A stretch of DNA of 64,000 nucleotides from Candidatus Latescibacterota bacterium (GTDB lineage: Bacteria; Latescibacterota; UBA2968; UBA8231). This document shows positions 29,131 through 39,422 of the stretch, piece by piece. The stretch covers positions 3,520,001 to 3,584,000 of the forward strand of contig OZ241867.1 in assembly GCA_965203175.1 (NCBI GenBank). The letters run 5' to 3'. Position 1 is the stretch's first letter. The number at the start of each line of letters is the position of its first letter. Below the pieces are notes generated by a model. That model made no database searches. It was given only the letters and a program-made list of their open reading frames with translations, and was not told where the DNA came from. Made by a program: the position numbers and the translations under genes.

Positions 29131-30069
29131 ATGCTGCCGAAATCCCCGCAAAATACTCACCCTGTCACCTCGCGGACTCAGGTGCAACTGAAGGATATAA
29201 AGAAAAGATTACCCTTCCGAGTCCTTACGTCTCAGGATTGGGAACACTGGACTACTAAAGGTTATATCATCATCAGACAAGCCGTGCCGACAGCGAATGT
29301 GGAGCGCCTTGTCGAGCTCTTGTGGGAATTTGATGAGAAAGATCCGAATGATCCCACGACTTGGTGCGCTCCGCAACGGCGGGAACATAAAATGAAGGAA
29401 CTCAACAATACCGGCATGCTGGAGATCTACAATCACCAGTATCTCTGGGATAATCGACAGGAACCACGTGTATACGATGCTTTTGTCGATATCTGGGACC
29501 GGGAGGATCTCTGGGTCGCCATCGACCGCGCCAATCTCAAGCCTCCAGAGCAGGTCCGCGGCAACTCAGACGGCTTCATTCATTGGGACGTGGATACTTC
29601 GGTGCGACCTCTGCCGATCGGTGTGCAAGGCGTTTTAAGCCTACAGCAGCAGGATGGGGATGTCGGAGGATTCCAGTGTGTTCCAGTCCTGTTTGAAAAG
29701 TTAGAGGAATGGGTCAAGACCCAGCCTGCGGACCGCGATCCTATGCATCCCGATATAACTGGGTTATCCGTCGTGAATATCGAGATGGAAGCGGGCGATT
29801 TGCTCATTTTTAATAGCCTTCTCGCCCACGGCGTGCGCCCTAATCGCTCGAAGGACCGAATCCGCATGGCTCAGTATATTTCGATGCATCCGGCCGAAGA
29901 GGATAATGAAGTAGAGCGGCGGGAACGCATCCGTCTCTGGCGTGAACAGGACCATCCTCAGCGCGATGCTTTTCCCGGTGACCCCCGCGAATGGGAGAGG
30001 AAGCATGCTGAGACCGCAACGCTCACCGAGCTTGGTGAGAAACTGCTCGGTTTGAAAAGCTGGCACTGA
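29131..30069 (+). CDS. Phytanoyl-CoA dioxygenase (PhyH) family protein
   Basis: IHWDVD HxD motif, GGFQCVP, AGDLLIFNSLLAHG..PN...R. Confidence 0.85.
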   Translation: MLPKSPQNTHPVTSRTQVQLKDIKKRLPFRVLTSQDWEHWTTKGYIIIRQAVPTANVERLVELLWEFDEKDPNDPTTWCAPQRREHKMKELNNTGMLEIYNHQYLWDNRQEPRVYDAFVDIWDREDLWVAIDRANLKPPEQVRGNSDGFIHWDVDTSVRPLPIGVQGVLSLQQQDGDVGGFQCVPVLFEKLEEWVKTQPADRDPMHPDITGLSVVNIEMEAGDLLIFNSLLAHGVRPNRSKDRIRMAQYISMHPAEEDNEVERRERIRLWREQDHPQRDAFPGDPREWERKHAETATLTELGEKLLGLKSWH

Positions 30070-30070
30070 A

Positions 30071-32065
30071 TCAGGGCAGTATGGCTTCTATTTTTACTTC
30101 GCCCTCGTCCCAAATCACCGTGCCCGCGCCCATCTCAGCTAGCTCGACTACATCGCCGGGCACCTCCAATCTCAACGAGGTCATCTCGATTCCGCTGTAG
30201 GCGGCAACGTACCTCTTGCCTCCCGGGCAGGCGCAGAGCCATATCGGGCCTTTGTCGCAGGTGAGCGTGGCGCCACCGATGGAGATCGGTCCGGAAGCGC
30301 TCTGGCGGGCGTAGGGCGATTCGTGCATGGGCCAGTCTAGGGAGCCGTCCTGGGTCCAACGCCGCTTTAGCGACCACTCATACAGATCGACTTCAATGCC
30401 GAGTATGCGGTCGTCGCGCGCGTACTCCACGCGGAGCGTGCGCTCGCTACCCGCGGTATAGGTGGCGGGCGGGGCTGCCTCGTCGACGAGCGCGCCGCTC
30501 GCTACCTCGGCGGCAAAATCGGCACCGCTGGCGTAGTCGGTGCGCTCGGCCAGTTCGGCGTAGAAACCGCAGCGGGGCTGGCCCTGGTAAAAGGAGCCGG
30601 GTTTGGCCATTTCCCAGAAAGTCTTGGCCGGTCCCGTATAGTTGTACATCTCCAAGGCCAGATGGCCGTCCAATTCGACCAAACGGATGGGGGCACCGCC
30701 GCCCAGATCGGTCCGTTCGAGCGGCTGGATGGCCGTCCACAGGGTGCCGCTGCCGACGACGACCACCTCGCCTTGCGGTACTGCCGTCGGCAGAGAATCT
30801 ACTTTGCGCTGGCCGATCCAGATCTCGTCGACCTGCTCGATCTCGGTCCATACGAGCACGGCTTTGGCGCTGGTGCGCCGCGTCCAAGCGTCTAGGCCGC
30901 GCGGGGCGTAGACGCCGATGGCGCGACCCCGCTCGTGTACGCCGTAGAAGTGACCCTCTTCGGGAACGACTTGGCCGGGCTCGCGCGACGGCGTCGTCTG
31001 GAAGCTGAGCCACTGGTCGTCGAGTATATAACGGGAAAAGAGCACGCCGCAGCGCGCGCTATCCGGGCGCCGGTACTGCGCGTGAAATACGCTGGACTGC
31101 AGGGCGATAAAGATGACTTCTTGGGTCTTTAGTTCGCAGGAGGCCACGCCTAGGCAGAAAGAGGGACTGTGATAGGTGCTCAGCGCTACGGGCTCTTCGC
31201 CGTGGGCTGTTTCGTCTATTTGCTGCGCCACGTTGGGGCGCTGCAACAGGTCGCCGATCCAGGCGGGTAGCTGTCCGTCATCTAACCAAGTGCGCATGTC
31301 ATCGGCGTTAAAGGCGTTGGCGTTAAAGACGGCATGGCTATAGGCGCGGCTGAAGGGGCCAGCCCAGCAGCCGATGCCGGGATGTACGTGTAACGCGGCG
31401 GAAAGGCCGAGGCGGGCGAGCATGGTGCGGGCGCGGATGCGGGTGTGTTCGTCCTCTGTCAGTTCGGCCAAGCGGCCCAGCACGCGCATGGCGACAGAGG
31501 CGTAGTTGGGGCTGTTGTACTCGGCAGGCAGGCCGTAGGTGTCCACGTGCGCCATCCAGCGCACCAGCTTTTCCCGGCCGCGCTGGCCGATGTTATTATC
31601 GCCCAACAACTGGCCGCCGAGGCAGGAGTTGGCGATGTCCTTGAGGACGATGTTGGTATAGGCCAGGGCTACGTCGATGCGCGCGATTTCCTCCAGGCCC
31701 AGCGCGACGGCGCAGCGCATAGCCGCGACCAAGTCCGGGGGCAGGGCGTCTGATGTTTTGCACAGCACGGGAATGCAATAAAAGAGCACGAACTGCACGG
31801 CATTGAGATCTTCGACGACTTCGTCTTCTAGCTCCCAGCGAAAATTGCCGCGGTGCGGGTCTGTGTCTCGCACTTCTTGGCAGGTGAGCACGGCGCGAAA
31901 GATGGCGGAGGCTTCGGCGATGGCAGCGGGTGCGCCGCTGGCCATCAGCTCAGAGGCCAGTTGAGCCGAGGGTATGGTGGCGTGAAAGATGCGTCCGCGC
32001 ACCTGATGGGTTACCATGTGTGTCTGGACGTCATAATTTTCGGGTAGGACTGGTGGTGATGGCAA
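30071..32065 (-). CDS. Hypothetical protein with a helical N-terminal domain (lyase/heparinase-like, weak)
   Basis: Long host-GC ORF; EYNSPNY motif; TTG start after GAGGA. Confidence 0.75.
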   Translation of the reverse strand: MPSPPVLPENYDVQTHMVTHQVRGRIFHATIPSAQLASELMASGAPAAIAEASAIFRAVLTCQEVRDTDPHRGNFRWELEDEVVEDLNAVQFVLFYCIPVLCKTSDALPPDLVAAMRCAVALGLEEIARIDVALAYTNIVLKDIANSCLGGQLLGDNNIGQRGREKLVRWMAHVDTYGLPAEYNSPNYASVAMRVLGRLAELTEDEHTRIRARTMLARLGLSAALHVHPGIGCWAGPFSRAYSHAVFNANAFNADDMRTWLDDGQLPAWIGDLLQRPNVAQQIDETAHGEEPVALSTYHSPSFCLGVASCELKTQEVIFIALQSSVFHAQYRRPDSARCGVLFSRYILDDQWLSFQTTPSREPGQVVPEEGHFYGVHERGRAIGVYAPRGLDAWTRRTSAKAVLVWTEIEQVDEIWIGQRKVDSLPTAVPQGEVVVVGSGTLWTAIQPLERTDLGGGAPIRLVELDGHLALEMYNYTGPAKTFWEMAKPGSFYQGQPRCGFYAELAERTDYASGADFAAEVASGALVDEAAPPATYTAGSERTLRVEYARDDRILGIEVDLYEWSLKRRWTQDGSLDWPMHESPYARQSASGPISIGGATLTCDKGPIWLCACPGGKRYVAAYSGIEMTSLRLEVPGDVVELAEMGAGTVIWDEGEVKIEAILP

Positions 32066-32123
32066 GGTGGATTCCTCGTTGAAGTTGTGGGAAAAGTAGA
32101 GTTTCAATAGGAGGAAGATAAAA

Positions 32124-33512
32124 GTGAGTGTAAAAAAAAGTGATTTGCTGATCGGGGGCCAAATGTGTCCCCCTGCATCTGGACGCTACTATCCCCTGTA
32201 TAGCCCTGTGGACGGCACATTAGTCGCCGAAGTCGCCGATGCCAGTCGGGCCGACGTGGATCGGGCCGCTGCTGCTGCGCGCGAAGCATTTTATAGAGAG
32301 TGGAAGTTCTGCGGCATTGAGCACAAGCGCGCTTTATTCGCCAAACTGAAAGAGGTGCTCTATGCCATGGCCGACGAACTGGTGGCAGCCAAGGTCCAGC
32401 CCCAGGGAGGGCCAGGCATCCCGCCGCTGGTAGAGCGCGTCATCGACTACTACGTGGGTAAACTAGACGATGGGGCGGGCGCGCTTATTGAGCACGGCGA
32501 CCAAGGCACTAATTACGTATATAGGGAACCGCTGGGCGTCGTTGCGATTTTTGCCCCCTTCAATGGGCCGATGCTGGCTTCTCTTTTATCGGCCTTGCCG
32601 GCACTGGTAGCCGGCAATACGGTCGTGCTTAAAGCACCCGACCAAGAAGCACCACAGGCGCTCAAGACTATGCAGGCATTCCACGAAGCCGGGTTTCCTG
32701 CCGGCGTGGTCAACGCGCTCAGCGGCAAGGGGTCCGAGGTGGGTCAGGCGCTCGTCGCGCACCCAGGTACGCGTCTGATCAGTTTTACCGGCAGCACGGC
32801 GACGGGTAAAAAGATCATGGCCGCGGCCGCCGCAGATCTCAAGCGAGTGCAGCTAAATCTGGGCAACAAAACAGCGCAGATCGTCTTGCCCGACGCCGAC
32901 TTGGAAGCAGCGGCGGCGGCGACCGTGGGATCGGCCTTCCCCGGGCAGGCGTGCTCGGCAATAAGTCGGGTTTTGCTGCACGAATCGCTGCGCGACGAAT
33001 TTATCGCTCTATTAAAAGAAAAGGCGCAGGCCGCAGGGCCCAGCATGTTGATTGACCAGGCGGCGGTAGAGCGCGTGGAGCGCTACGTCGAGATGGGCAA
33101 AGCACAAGGGTCTCTGCTGTTTGGTGGCGCACGTCCGCCGGGAGATGATTACGCCAAGGGTTGCTATTTTGAGCCCACGGCTTTTGCCTTTGCAGATCAG
33201 TCCGGTCCGATTTGCCGCGACGAAATTTTCGGGCCGGTTGTATCCGTGCTGACGTTTGCTAGCGACGACGAGGCGCTAGCGTTGGCCAACGATACGGACT
33301 ACGGACTGCTCGTTTCGCTCTGGACCCGAGAGGCTGAGCGACAGCGGTACTTTGTGCGGCGATTGGAAGTGGGGATTGTGGCCATTAATAGTGCCAGTAT
33401 GCTGAGCCATCGCACACCTTGGGGCGGTTTTAAGCAGAGCGGCATTGGTCGGCGCTACGGCGAGATGGGTCTGGAGCCTTTTTTTGAATGCAAGACGGTG
33501 TGGATTTCTTGA
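32124..33512 (+). CDS. Aldehyde dehydrogenase family protein (general-base Glu absent)
   Basis: PFNGP, FTGSTATG, GQAC, EIFGPV and PWGGFKQSG motifs; QLNLGNK instead of LELGGK. Confidence 0.9.
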   Translation: MSVKKSDLLIGGQMCPPASGRYYPLYSPVDGTLVAEVADASRADVDRAAAAAREAFYREWKFCGIEHKRALFAKLKEVLYAMADELVAAKVQPQGGPGIPPLVERVIDYYVGKLDDGAGALIEHGDQGTNYVYREPLGVVAIFAPFNGPMLASLLSALPALVAGNTVVLKAPDQEAPQALKTMQAFHEAGFPAGVVNALSGKGSEVGQALVAHPGTRLISFTGSTATGKKIMAAAAADLKRVQLNLGNKTAQIVLPDADLEAAAAATVGSAFPGQACSAISRVLLHESLRDEFIALLKEKAQAAGPSMLIDQAAVERVERYVEMGKAQGSLLFGGARPPGDDYAKGCYFEPTAFAFADQSGPICRDEIFGPVVSVLTFASDDEALALANDTDYGLLVSLWTREAERQRYFVRRLEVGIVAINSASMLSHRTPWGGFKQSGIGRRYGEMGLEPFFECKTVWIS

Positions 33513-33603
33513 AAGAGGCGAGTTGAATCAGCAAACCTTGTGCAATTGCAGTCCCAGAGCGACGCCTTCCCGCGCCGCCTAAACTCAAATCATGGGAATT
33601 CTA

Positions 33604-34377
33604 ATGTCCCACCCTGATCTCAAAACCACCTTCAATACCGTTGCCTCGCTCTATGACGAAGTGAGGCCCGGATACCCTGATGAGCTTGTCGAGGATGTCT
33701 TGGATCTTTCCGGAATGGATAGAAGCGGAAAAATCCTAGAAGTCGGATGTGGAACCGGACAGGCTTCGAGATTATTTGCCACCCTCGGTTGCGAAATGAC
33801 CTGTTTGGATATTGGCCAAGAGTTGATCGAGGTTGCGAGGGCCCGACTCAACAACTACAAGAACGTCTGCTTCGTCCTGTGTCCTTTCGAAGATTGGGAC
33901 TCGGCTAGCAAGTTTGACCTTGTGATTTCTGCGCCTGCATTCCGCTGGGTGAGTCCAAGAGTCAGATTCATCAGAGCCCGTGACGCCCTGAAGGCTAGGG
34001 GATCATTGGCCATCTTCTCCAACCAACACGTAAGAAAAGACGAAGGTTTCTTTGCAGAAGTCCAAGAAGTTTATAGCAAGCATTATGTAGTTTCAGATTC
34101 CCCTCGGGATCCCAGTACTCCGACTGCATTAGAGTCTCCAGAACCCGGAACTGCCGCTTTTGCCGATCCTATCCACCGAGTGTACGCGTGGACAGCGAAC
34201 TATTCTGCGGAACAGTACATCAAACTCATTGGCACCTATTCCGACCACATCGCGCTGCCCGAATACAATCGCATGCACCTATTTGACGGTATCGCTGACC
34301 TAATAAACAAGAACTACGGAGGATCGATTGCCAAGCACTACGAAACTGCTTTAGCCTTTCGCAGGAAGAAAGCCTGA
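33604..34377 (+). CDS. Class I SAM-dependent methyltransferase
   Basis: YDEVRPGYP and LEVGCGTG motifs; start at 33592 also possible. Confidence 0.9.
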   Translation: MSHPDLKTTFNTVASLYDEVRPGYPDELVEDVLDLSGMDRSGKILEVGCGTGQASRLFATLGCEMTCLDIGQELIEVARARLNNYKNVCFVLCPFEDWDSASKFDLVISAPAFRWVSPRVRFIRARDALKARGSLAIFSNQHVRKDEGFFAEVQEVYSKHYVVSDSPRDPSTPTALESPEPGTAAFADPIHRVYAWTANYSAEQYIKLIGTYSDHIALPEYNRMHLFDGIADLINKNYGGSIAKHYETALAFRRKKA

Positions 34378-34414
34378 TTGAAGCCAGATGGGAGCATTTC
34401 GGGAGTTGATTTGA

Positions 34415-35395
34415 GTGGATAAGAGATCCCTGCAAACTCTAGCAAAAGACGAAAGAACAGCAGCATTGCACGAGCTTGCCGAAGCCAGTCTTGCTGACTT
34501 CGATTTGACAAGAGGCTCGCTCACGTTGCTGCAGGACTTGGTGAATAGCTCGTTCCGGGTTCAACATGACAGTCGACAGTGGTATCTTCGTATTTACAAT
34601 CCCGACCGGCATAATACATCAGCTATCGAGTCTGAACTCTTATTCTTGGAAGCACTCACCAAAGGTGGCTTTCCAGCGCCGCGGCCGTTGCGTAAGCGCA
34701 GTGATGGGATGCTTTGGGTGGCGTTACAGAGCCCGGTTGTAGACGCAATTCGAATATCAGTATGCTCTTGGCTCCCGGGTGAGATATTGCAGCATGACAG
34801 GACACCACGGCACTATGCCAACTTAGGAACCGTATTAGCAGGACTTCACGAGTTCTCCGCCAAATGGAATCTACCCGAAGGGTTCGTACGTCCCCGTTGC
34901 GATAGTGAAGGTGTATACGGCGAGCACGGTGCTTCAGGATCGCAAGTCATGCGAGGCTGGGACAACATTGACCGTCCTCTGCGCTCGGACCTCGAAGATG
35001 CGAAGAGAGCACTTGAACAGGCCGAGAGCGCTATTGGAACGGATTGCGGTCGCTACGGTTTGATCCACGGTGATCCTAGCTTCGGCAACGTCCTGTTTGA
35101 TGGCGAAATATTATACCTGATTGATTTCGATGATTTCGGGTACGGCTACTATGTCTTCGATCTCGCAGTTGGTCTTGCTGGCGCTTGGGGCAAGCCTGAT
35201 TTCGAAGAGAATCGCGCGGCTTTGTTCGAAGGATATGGGCAAATACGAGAACTGTCGCAGGCAGAAATGGGAGCAGTGCCCGCAGCCATGGCAGCGCGAG
35301 CGGCATCACTCATTTTCTGGGCTGCGGCTCAGTCATCGCAGCATCCATGGATTGAAGGGCAGTGGCAACGCCTCCAGGAATACATGGAATCGTGA
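34415..35395 (+). CDS. Phosphotransferase (APH/homoserine kinase type II family)
   Basis: LIHGDPSFGNVL and IDFDD..YGYYVFDLA motifs. Confidence 0.88.
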   Translation: MDKRSLQTLAKDERTAALHELAEASLADFDLTRGSLTLLQDLVNSSFRVQHDSRQWYLRIYNPDRHNTSAIESELLFLEALTKGGFPAPRPLRKRSDGMLWVALQSPVVDAIRISVCSWLPGEILQHDRTPRHYANLGTVLAGLHEFSAKWNLPEGFVRPRCDSEGVYGEHGASGSQVMRGWDNIDRPLRSDLEDAKRALEQAESAIGTDCGRYGLIHGDPSFGNVLFDGEILYLIDFDDFGYGYYVFDLAVGLAGAWGKPDFEENRAALFEGYGQIRELSQAEMGAVPAAMAARAASLIFWAAAQSSQHPWIEGQWQRLQEYMES

Positions 35396-35776
35396 TCGAA
35401 GGAAGGCATTAAAAAGCCAGACGCATTGCAGGCTCAAAGGAGAATGCTATGACTAAGTCCCGTCTCGACGAGTGCGGATGGACCAGCTTTAGAGCCGAAC
35501 TCTTCTTAGTTGAAAAAGACGAGCCACCCGGCTGAATCTTATACCATAAGGAGGCCCAGAATGACGCAGCATGGTGAATTCGGTCTATCGACCATAGGGC
35601 AAATCTCTGTCACCGTGAAGGACCTCGACAGGGCAGTTACCTTCTACCGCGATCAACTGGGAATGCAGCTCCTGTTTCGGGTGCCGAACATGGCGTTCTT
35701 TGATTGCTCAGGCGTACGCCTTATGTTGAGTATTCCGGAGGAGCAGTCTGACGATATCCACTCTTCTATTCTGTAT

Positions 35777-36936
35777 GGCGTTGTTGCATGAATCATATCT
35801 GGGGCATCATTGTCGAATGTTGTTTTTTGTTCAGTTGATTTTTTCTACTCGATACGACTGGGGTTTGCCCACATGGATCATTCGATTGAGGAGGGCACAG
35901 CCGAGGCGACTTTCGACCTGTTGGTTGATCCAGCTACGCGCCTTCAGCTTGTCGCCGATGAGGTGCTTATAGCGATAGATTTGCGTTTCGGCCAACGAGC
36001 GTCGATGATAGCCACTGGCCTGTTTCCACTCCTTGCGTCCCTTTCGTCGTATGGCCCGCAGGATTTCATCGCGCGCCAACGGGGGGACCTTACAATTACC
36101 ATGCTGATGGATTGTAGCGTCTTTGCGCAGTGCGATGATCGGCCGAATCGAGGGATCACTCCGCGTGGCCAAGGCGTCGAACACCTTCTGTTTGTCATAG
36201 GCCCCATCGCCGCCTACCGCCTCCACCGCCTCGTCGACTTGGGTCAACAGAGGGGCCACCTGCGAGGCATCATCGATCCGATGGGACGTCAACGTCTGCG
36301 CGACCACCTCGCCGGTGGCCTCGTTGACCCCCACATGCAGTTTGCGCCACGTGCGCCGTTTGGTCCAGCCGTGTTGACGGACTTTCCTCTCGCCCTCGCC
36401 ATAGACTTTCAAACCCGTCGAATCCACTACCAAGTGCATCGGGCTAGCCGGGCTATCGGGCTGCTTTTTCGGCAACTCCACCGCCAAGGCCCCTTGGCGA
36501 CGCGACAAGGTCGAGTAGTCCGGCACGGCCAAGGCCAACCCCATCAAGTCCAACAGCGATTGGATAAACCCCTGCGTCTGGCGCAACGGCAACCCAAGCA
36601 ACACCCGCATCGTCAACATCCATTCAATCGCTGGATCCGAATAGACAAACTGAGCACCCCGTTGCGATGGCCCCTGAGCATACCATTGCTTCCACAGACC
36701 ATCGTCCAGCCACACCGTCAGGCTACCACGAGCCACCAACGCCCGATTATACGACGACCAATTCTTAACCCGATACACCGGTTGCGACTTGACCGAGGGC
36801 GAACTGCCAGATACTTTGCTCATCACAGGCTCTTTGGGAAGAAAGGAACGTGTTTCTTGCTGGAAACCACGAACCAATCTAACCGAAGAGCCTGACTCAT
36901 TTCAAGACCCGAACACAGCTTTCATGCAACAACGCC
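35777..36936 (-). mobile_element. IS5 family (IS903 group) insertion sequence, copy 1, 1160 bp
   Basis: TIR GGCGTTGTTGCATGAA/TTCATGCAACAACGCC; 9-bp TSD ATTCTGTAT on both sides. Confidence 0.96.
35831..36823 (-). CDS. IS5 family DDE transposase
   Basis: YRVKNWSSYNRAL..RG, VDSTGLKVYGEGE, DGAYD and YHRRSLAET motifs. Confidence 0.95.
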   Translation of the reverse strand: MSKVSGSSPSVKSQPVYRVKNWSSYNRALVARGSLTVWLDDGLWKQWYAQGPSQRGAQFVYSDPAIEWMLTMRVLLGLPLRQTQGFIQSLLDLMGLALAVPDYSTLSRRQGALAVELPKKQPDSPASPMHLVVDSTGLKVYGEGERKVRQHGWTKRRTWRKLHVGVNEATGEVVAQTLTSHRIDDASQVAPLLTQVDEAVEAVGGDGAYDKQKVFDALATRSDPSIRPIIALRKDATIHQHGNCKVPPLARDEILRAIRRKGRKEWKQASGYHRRSLAETQIYRYKHLIGDKLKARSWINQQVESRLGCALLNRMIHVGKPQSYRVEKIN

Positions 36937-37189
36937 ATTCTGTATTACAGAGTTGATGACATTCATGACGCCTACCGGGTTTTGAAGGATAGGAACGTGC
37001 CGTTCGATGGAGAGCCTCACAAGATTGCTGATCTTCAAGACCACGAGTTATGGATGGCGTTTTTTCGAGATAGCGAGATGAACATCCTTGCGCTCATGGC
37101 TGAGAGGCCCCACGACGAATAGCCTCAGGTTCGTTCCCACTGCGGATAACAACGGTTAGGAACGGAAACGACCATAAGGAAGGGGGCAA

Positions 37190-38410
37190 AGGGGTATTTA
37201 TAGATACATAGTTTCAATAATATCTATTTTGTGCTTCACCAGCGGCGTTATGTCCGATGCTCTCAAGATTGGCTTTTGGGAAAAGCAGCGTAAGGGAGCT
37301 AATCAGCAAAACGAGCGACATCGTCCTGAGTGGTACAGAGCGGCAGGTGAACTGGGACTGGATTATGTTCGGATTTTACCCGATGCATGGCCCGCCGATA
37401 ATAGAGACTTCCTAATCGGCAACGCCGATAATTTCGCAGCAATCAATGAGACCGATCTAGCCCTGTTGATAGAAGCACTCAATGAAGCTGAGAGCAATGG
37501 TATCAAAGTTGTCCTTGCGATGGCCAGCTTGCCTGGCGCACGCTGGAAGCAGTTGAATGAGAACCAAGATGATGGCCGACTCTGGCGCGACGAAAGCTAC
37601 CATGAGCAAGCCTTCAATTTCTGGCGTCAGTTAGCAATGCGTTTGAAAAAGCATCCTGCAATCGTAGCTTACAATCCTCTTAATGAACCACATCCAGAGA
37701 AGGTATTCGGTTTTGAAGAACCGGACGAGAATTTCAGCCAATGGTTTCAGGGCATCCAGAATACGCCAGCTGACCTCAACCGATTTAACCAGCGGATGGT
37801 CGAATCCATCCGTTCAGTAGACGCAGATACACCCATCATGCTCGATGGCTGGTTCTATGCCGCTCCTCAAGCGTTCGACTTCAATCGTCCTGTAGATGAT
37901 GACAAAGTATTGTACGCTTTTCACAACCCCGGGCCGTGGCAGATGGTGACTTATAGAGTCAATAAGGGCCGGTACGCCTATCCAGACCGAGTTCCGAAGT
38001 GGTGGAACGGTCCTGTAGAGTCGTGGACTATCGATCGTCTTGCGGAGGAGACCAACGCGGTGCAGCGGTTTGCTGAGCGATATGAGATACCTTCTCACCG
38101 AATCATAGCTTCAGAATTCTGGTACGACCGCCGGCTCGAAGGCGCTGCAGCCTACCTGAGCGACCTAATAGAAATCTATAACAGCCGAGGTTGGCATTGG
38201 GCGTTTTACGCCTTTCGCGGTGGTGGATCATGGACGGGGTTAGATTATGAGATTGCACCGGATCACAAGATGGATTGGCATTATTGGCAAGCTGTCGAAC
38301 AGGGCAAAGACCCCGAGCAATTCAAGCCACGAGGAATGAACCCCTTGTGGAAAATACTACAACGCCAGTTTCGCAAAAACAGTAAGAGTCATGACGTCAT
38401 TCCCCCGTGA
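37190..38410 (+). CDS. Glycoside hydrolase family 5 protein; start codon apparently mutated
   Basis: YNPLNEP acid/base and ASEF nucleophile motifs; signal-peptide frame begins at AGG (37190) after the RBS, first usable start TTG at 37229. Confidence 0.8.
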   Translation, partial: RGIYRYIVSIISILCFTSGVMSDALKIGFWEKQRKGANQQNERHRPEWYRAAGELGLDYVRILPDAWPADNRDFLIGNADNFAAINETDLALLIEALNEAESNGIKVVLAMASLPGARWKQLNENQDDGRLWRDESYHEQAFNFWRQLAMRLKKHPAIVAYNPLNEPHPEKVFGFEEPDENFSQWFQGIQNTPADLNRFNQRMVESIRSVDADTPIMLDGWFYAAPQAFDFNRPVDDDKVLYAFHNPGPWQMVTYRVNKGRYAYPDRVPKWWNGPVESWTIDRLAEETNAVQRFAERYEIPSHRIIASEFWYDRRLEGAAAYLSDLIEIYNSRGWHWAFYAFRGGGSWTGLDYEIAPDHKMDWHYWQAVEQGKDPEQFKPRGMNPLWKILQRQFRKNSKSHDVIPP

Positions 38411-39404
38411 TCGAGAATCTACGTCACCGATGGTGACGACTGAGGAAGCTTCAGACATTCTCTGGAAGTACTGGGGTATCGCAGCCGTTCAAGTAGAAAC
38501 GCCTACTTCCAGAAACGTCCATTTTGTGCGCAGCGCGCAAGGAGATTCTGTTCTGCGGACCAATCCGGGGTGGGATGGTCCCTCGCCGCCAGAGTTGATC
38601 GTTCGATTTGTGGACCATCTTTCATCCTCGGGAGCACCAGTTCCCAAGATTGTGCCAACTCTTAACGGCGAATTCTCAGTTCCATATCGGGACTATACAG
38701 TCTCCTTGGAGAGCCTGCTTCTAGGCCAACCGCTAGATTCTCGCCATCTCGACTATCTGAAGAAGGCGGGCAAGGTTCTTGCGAGCATTCACAATGCTGC
38801 CGGCTTATTTCAGGAACAGCCAGTGCGCGAGCGATCGGTCCGTCGCTGGGCGCAAGATCGGCTTTCCAGCGCGCTCGATCGGCTTGATGCGGAAATCGCA
38901 CAGCCAGTGCACGAATTAGTGCAACTGCTGGAAAGCAGCCATGCAACGGCTCTTGACGCAAGCGTCCCTTGGATCTTTTGCCATCGGGATGTTCGTGCGG
39001 GTAATGTGATCGGGGCCGGCACTGGCAGTGTCGCGTTCACGGATTTCAGCGGCGGGGAGTTTTCTCCATCTTTGGTGGATCTTGTCATGACGCGTCATCA
39101 GTGGTTAATGGGGGATTTTATGGGTAAATCTAGACCGCTGAATGTTTCGGAGGCGAGAGAGATATTGCTTGGCTATCACGAGGGGAGGGCTCTATCTCCG
39201 TCGGAAATAAGAGCGTTTCCGGTGGTTTGGGCAGCCTACTATGCAGATAGACTCAGCTTTCTTTACCGCAAGTGGGGTTCTAAAGTCACAGGTCCTCCAT
39301 TCTCGAATTTTGATATCCACGGTGAGTTGATGCTCCTACCACATCGAGGAATCGAGATGGGAGACGAATTGCTGGAGAGTGCTGGGATCTCCCACAGCCT
39401 ATGA
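38391..39404 (+). CDS. Phosphotransferase (APH family)
   Basis: CHRDVRAGNV and FTDF motifs; start may be ATG at 38430. Confidence 0.8.
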   Translation: MTSFPRDRESTSPMVTTEEASDILWKYWGIAAVQVETPTSRNVHFVRSAQGDSVLRTNPGWDGPSPPELIVRFVDHLSSSGAPVPKIVPTLNGEFSVPYRDYTVSLESLLLGQPLDSRHLDYLKKAGKVLASIHNAAGLFQEQPVRERSVRRWAQDRLSSALDRLDAEIAQPVHELVQLLESSHATALDASVPWIFCHRDVRAGNVIGAGTGSVAFTDFSGGEFSPSLVDLVMTRHQWLMGDFMGKSRPLNVSEAREILLGYHEGRALSPSEIRAFPVVWAAYYADRLSFLYRKWGSKVTGPPFSNFDIHGELMLLPHRGIEMGDELLESAGISHSL

Positions 39405-39422
39405 CACCGTATGAGGTGCTGA

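Larger units (their letters stand above)
35561..37122 (+). pseudogene. VOC/glyoxalase family gene interrupted by IS5
   Basis: Removing the IS and one TSD restores ...SSILY|YRVDDIH...LWMAFFRDSEMNILALM*. Confidence 0.92.

Noticed and set aside
35810-36895. 361-aa plus-strand ORF (and its twin at 46410-47495)
   Set aside because: Antisense shadow of the IS5 transposase
34415-39404. Antibiotic resistance calls for the two phosphotransferases
   Set aside because: Only generic kinase-fold motifs are visible, so the substrate cannot be inferred
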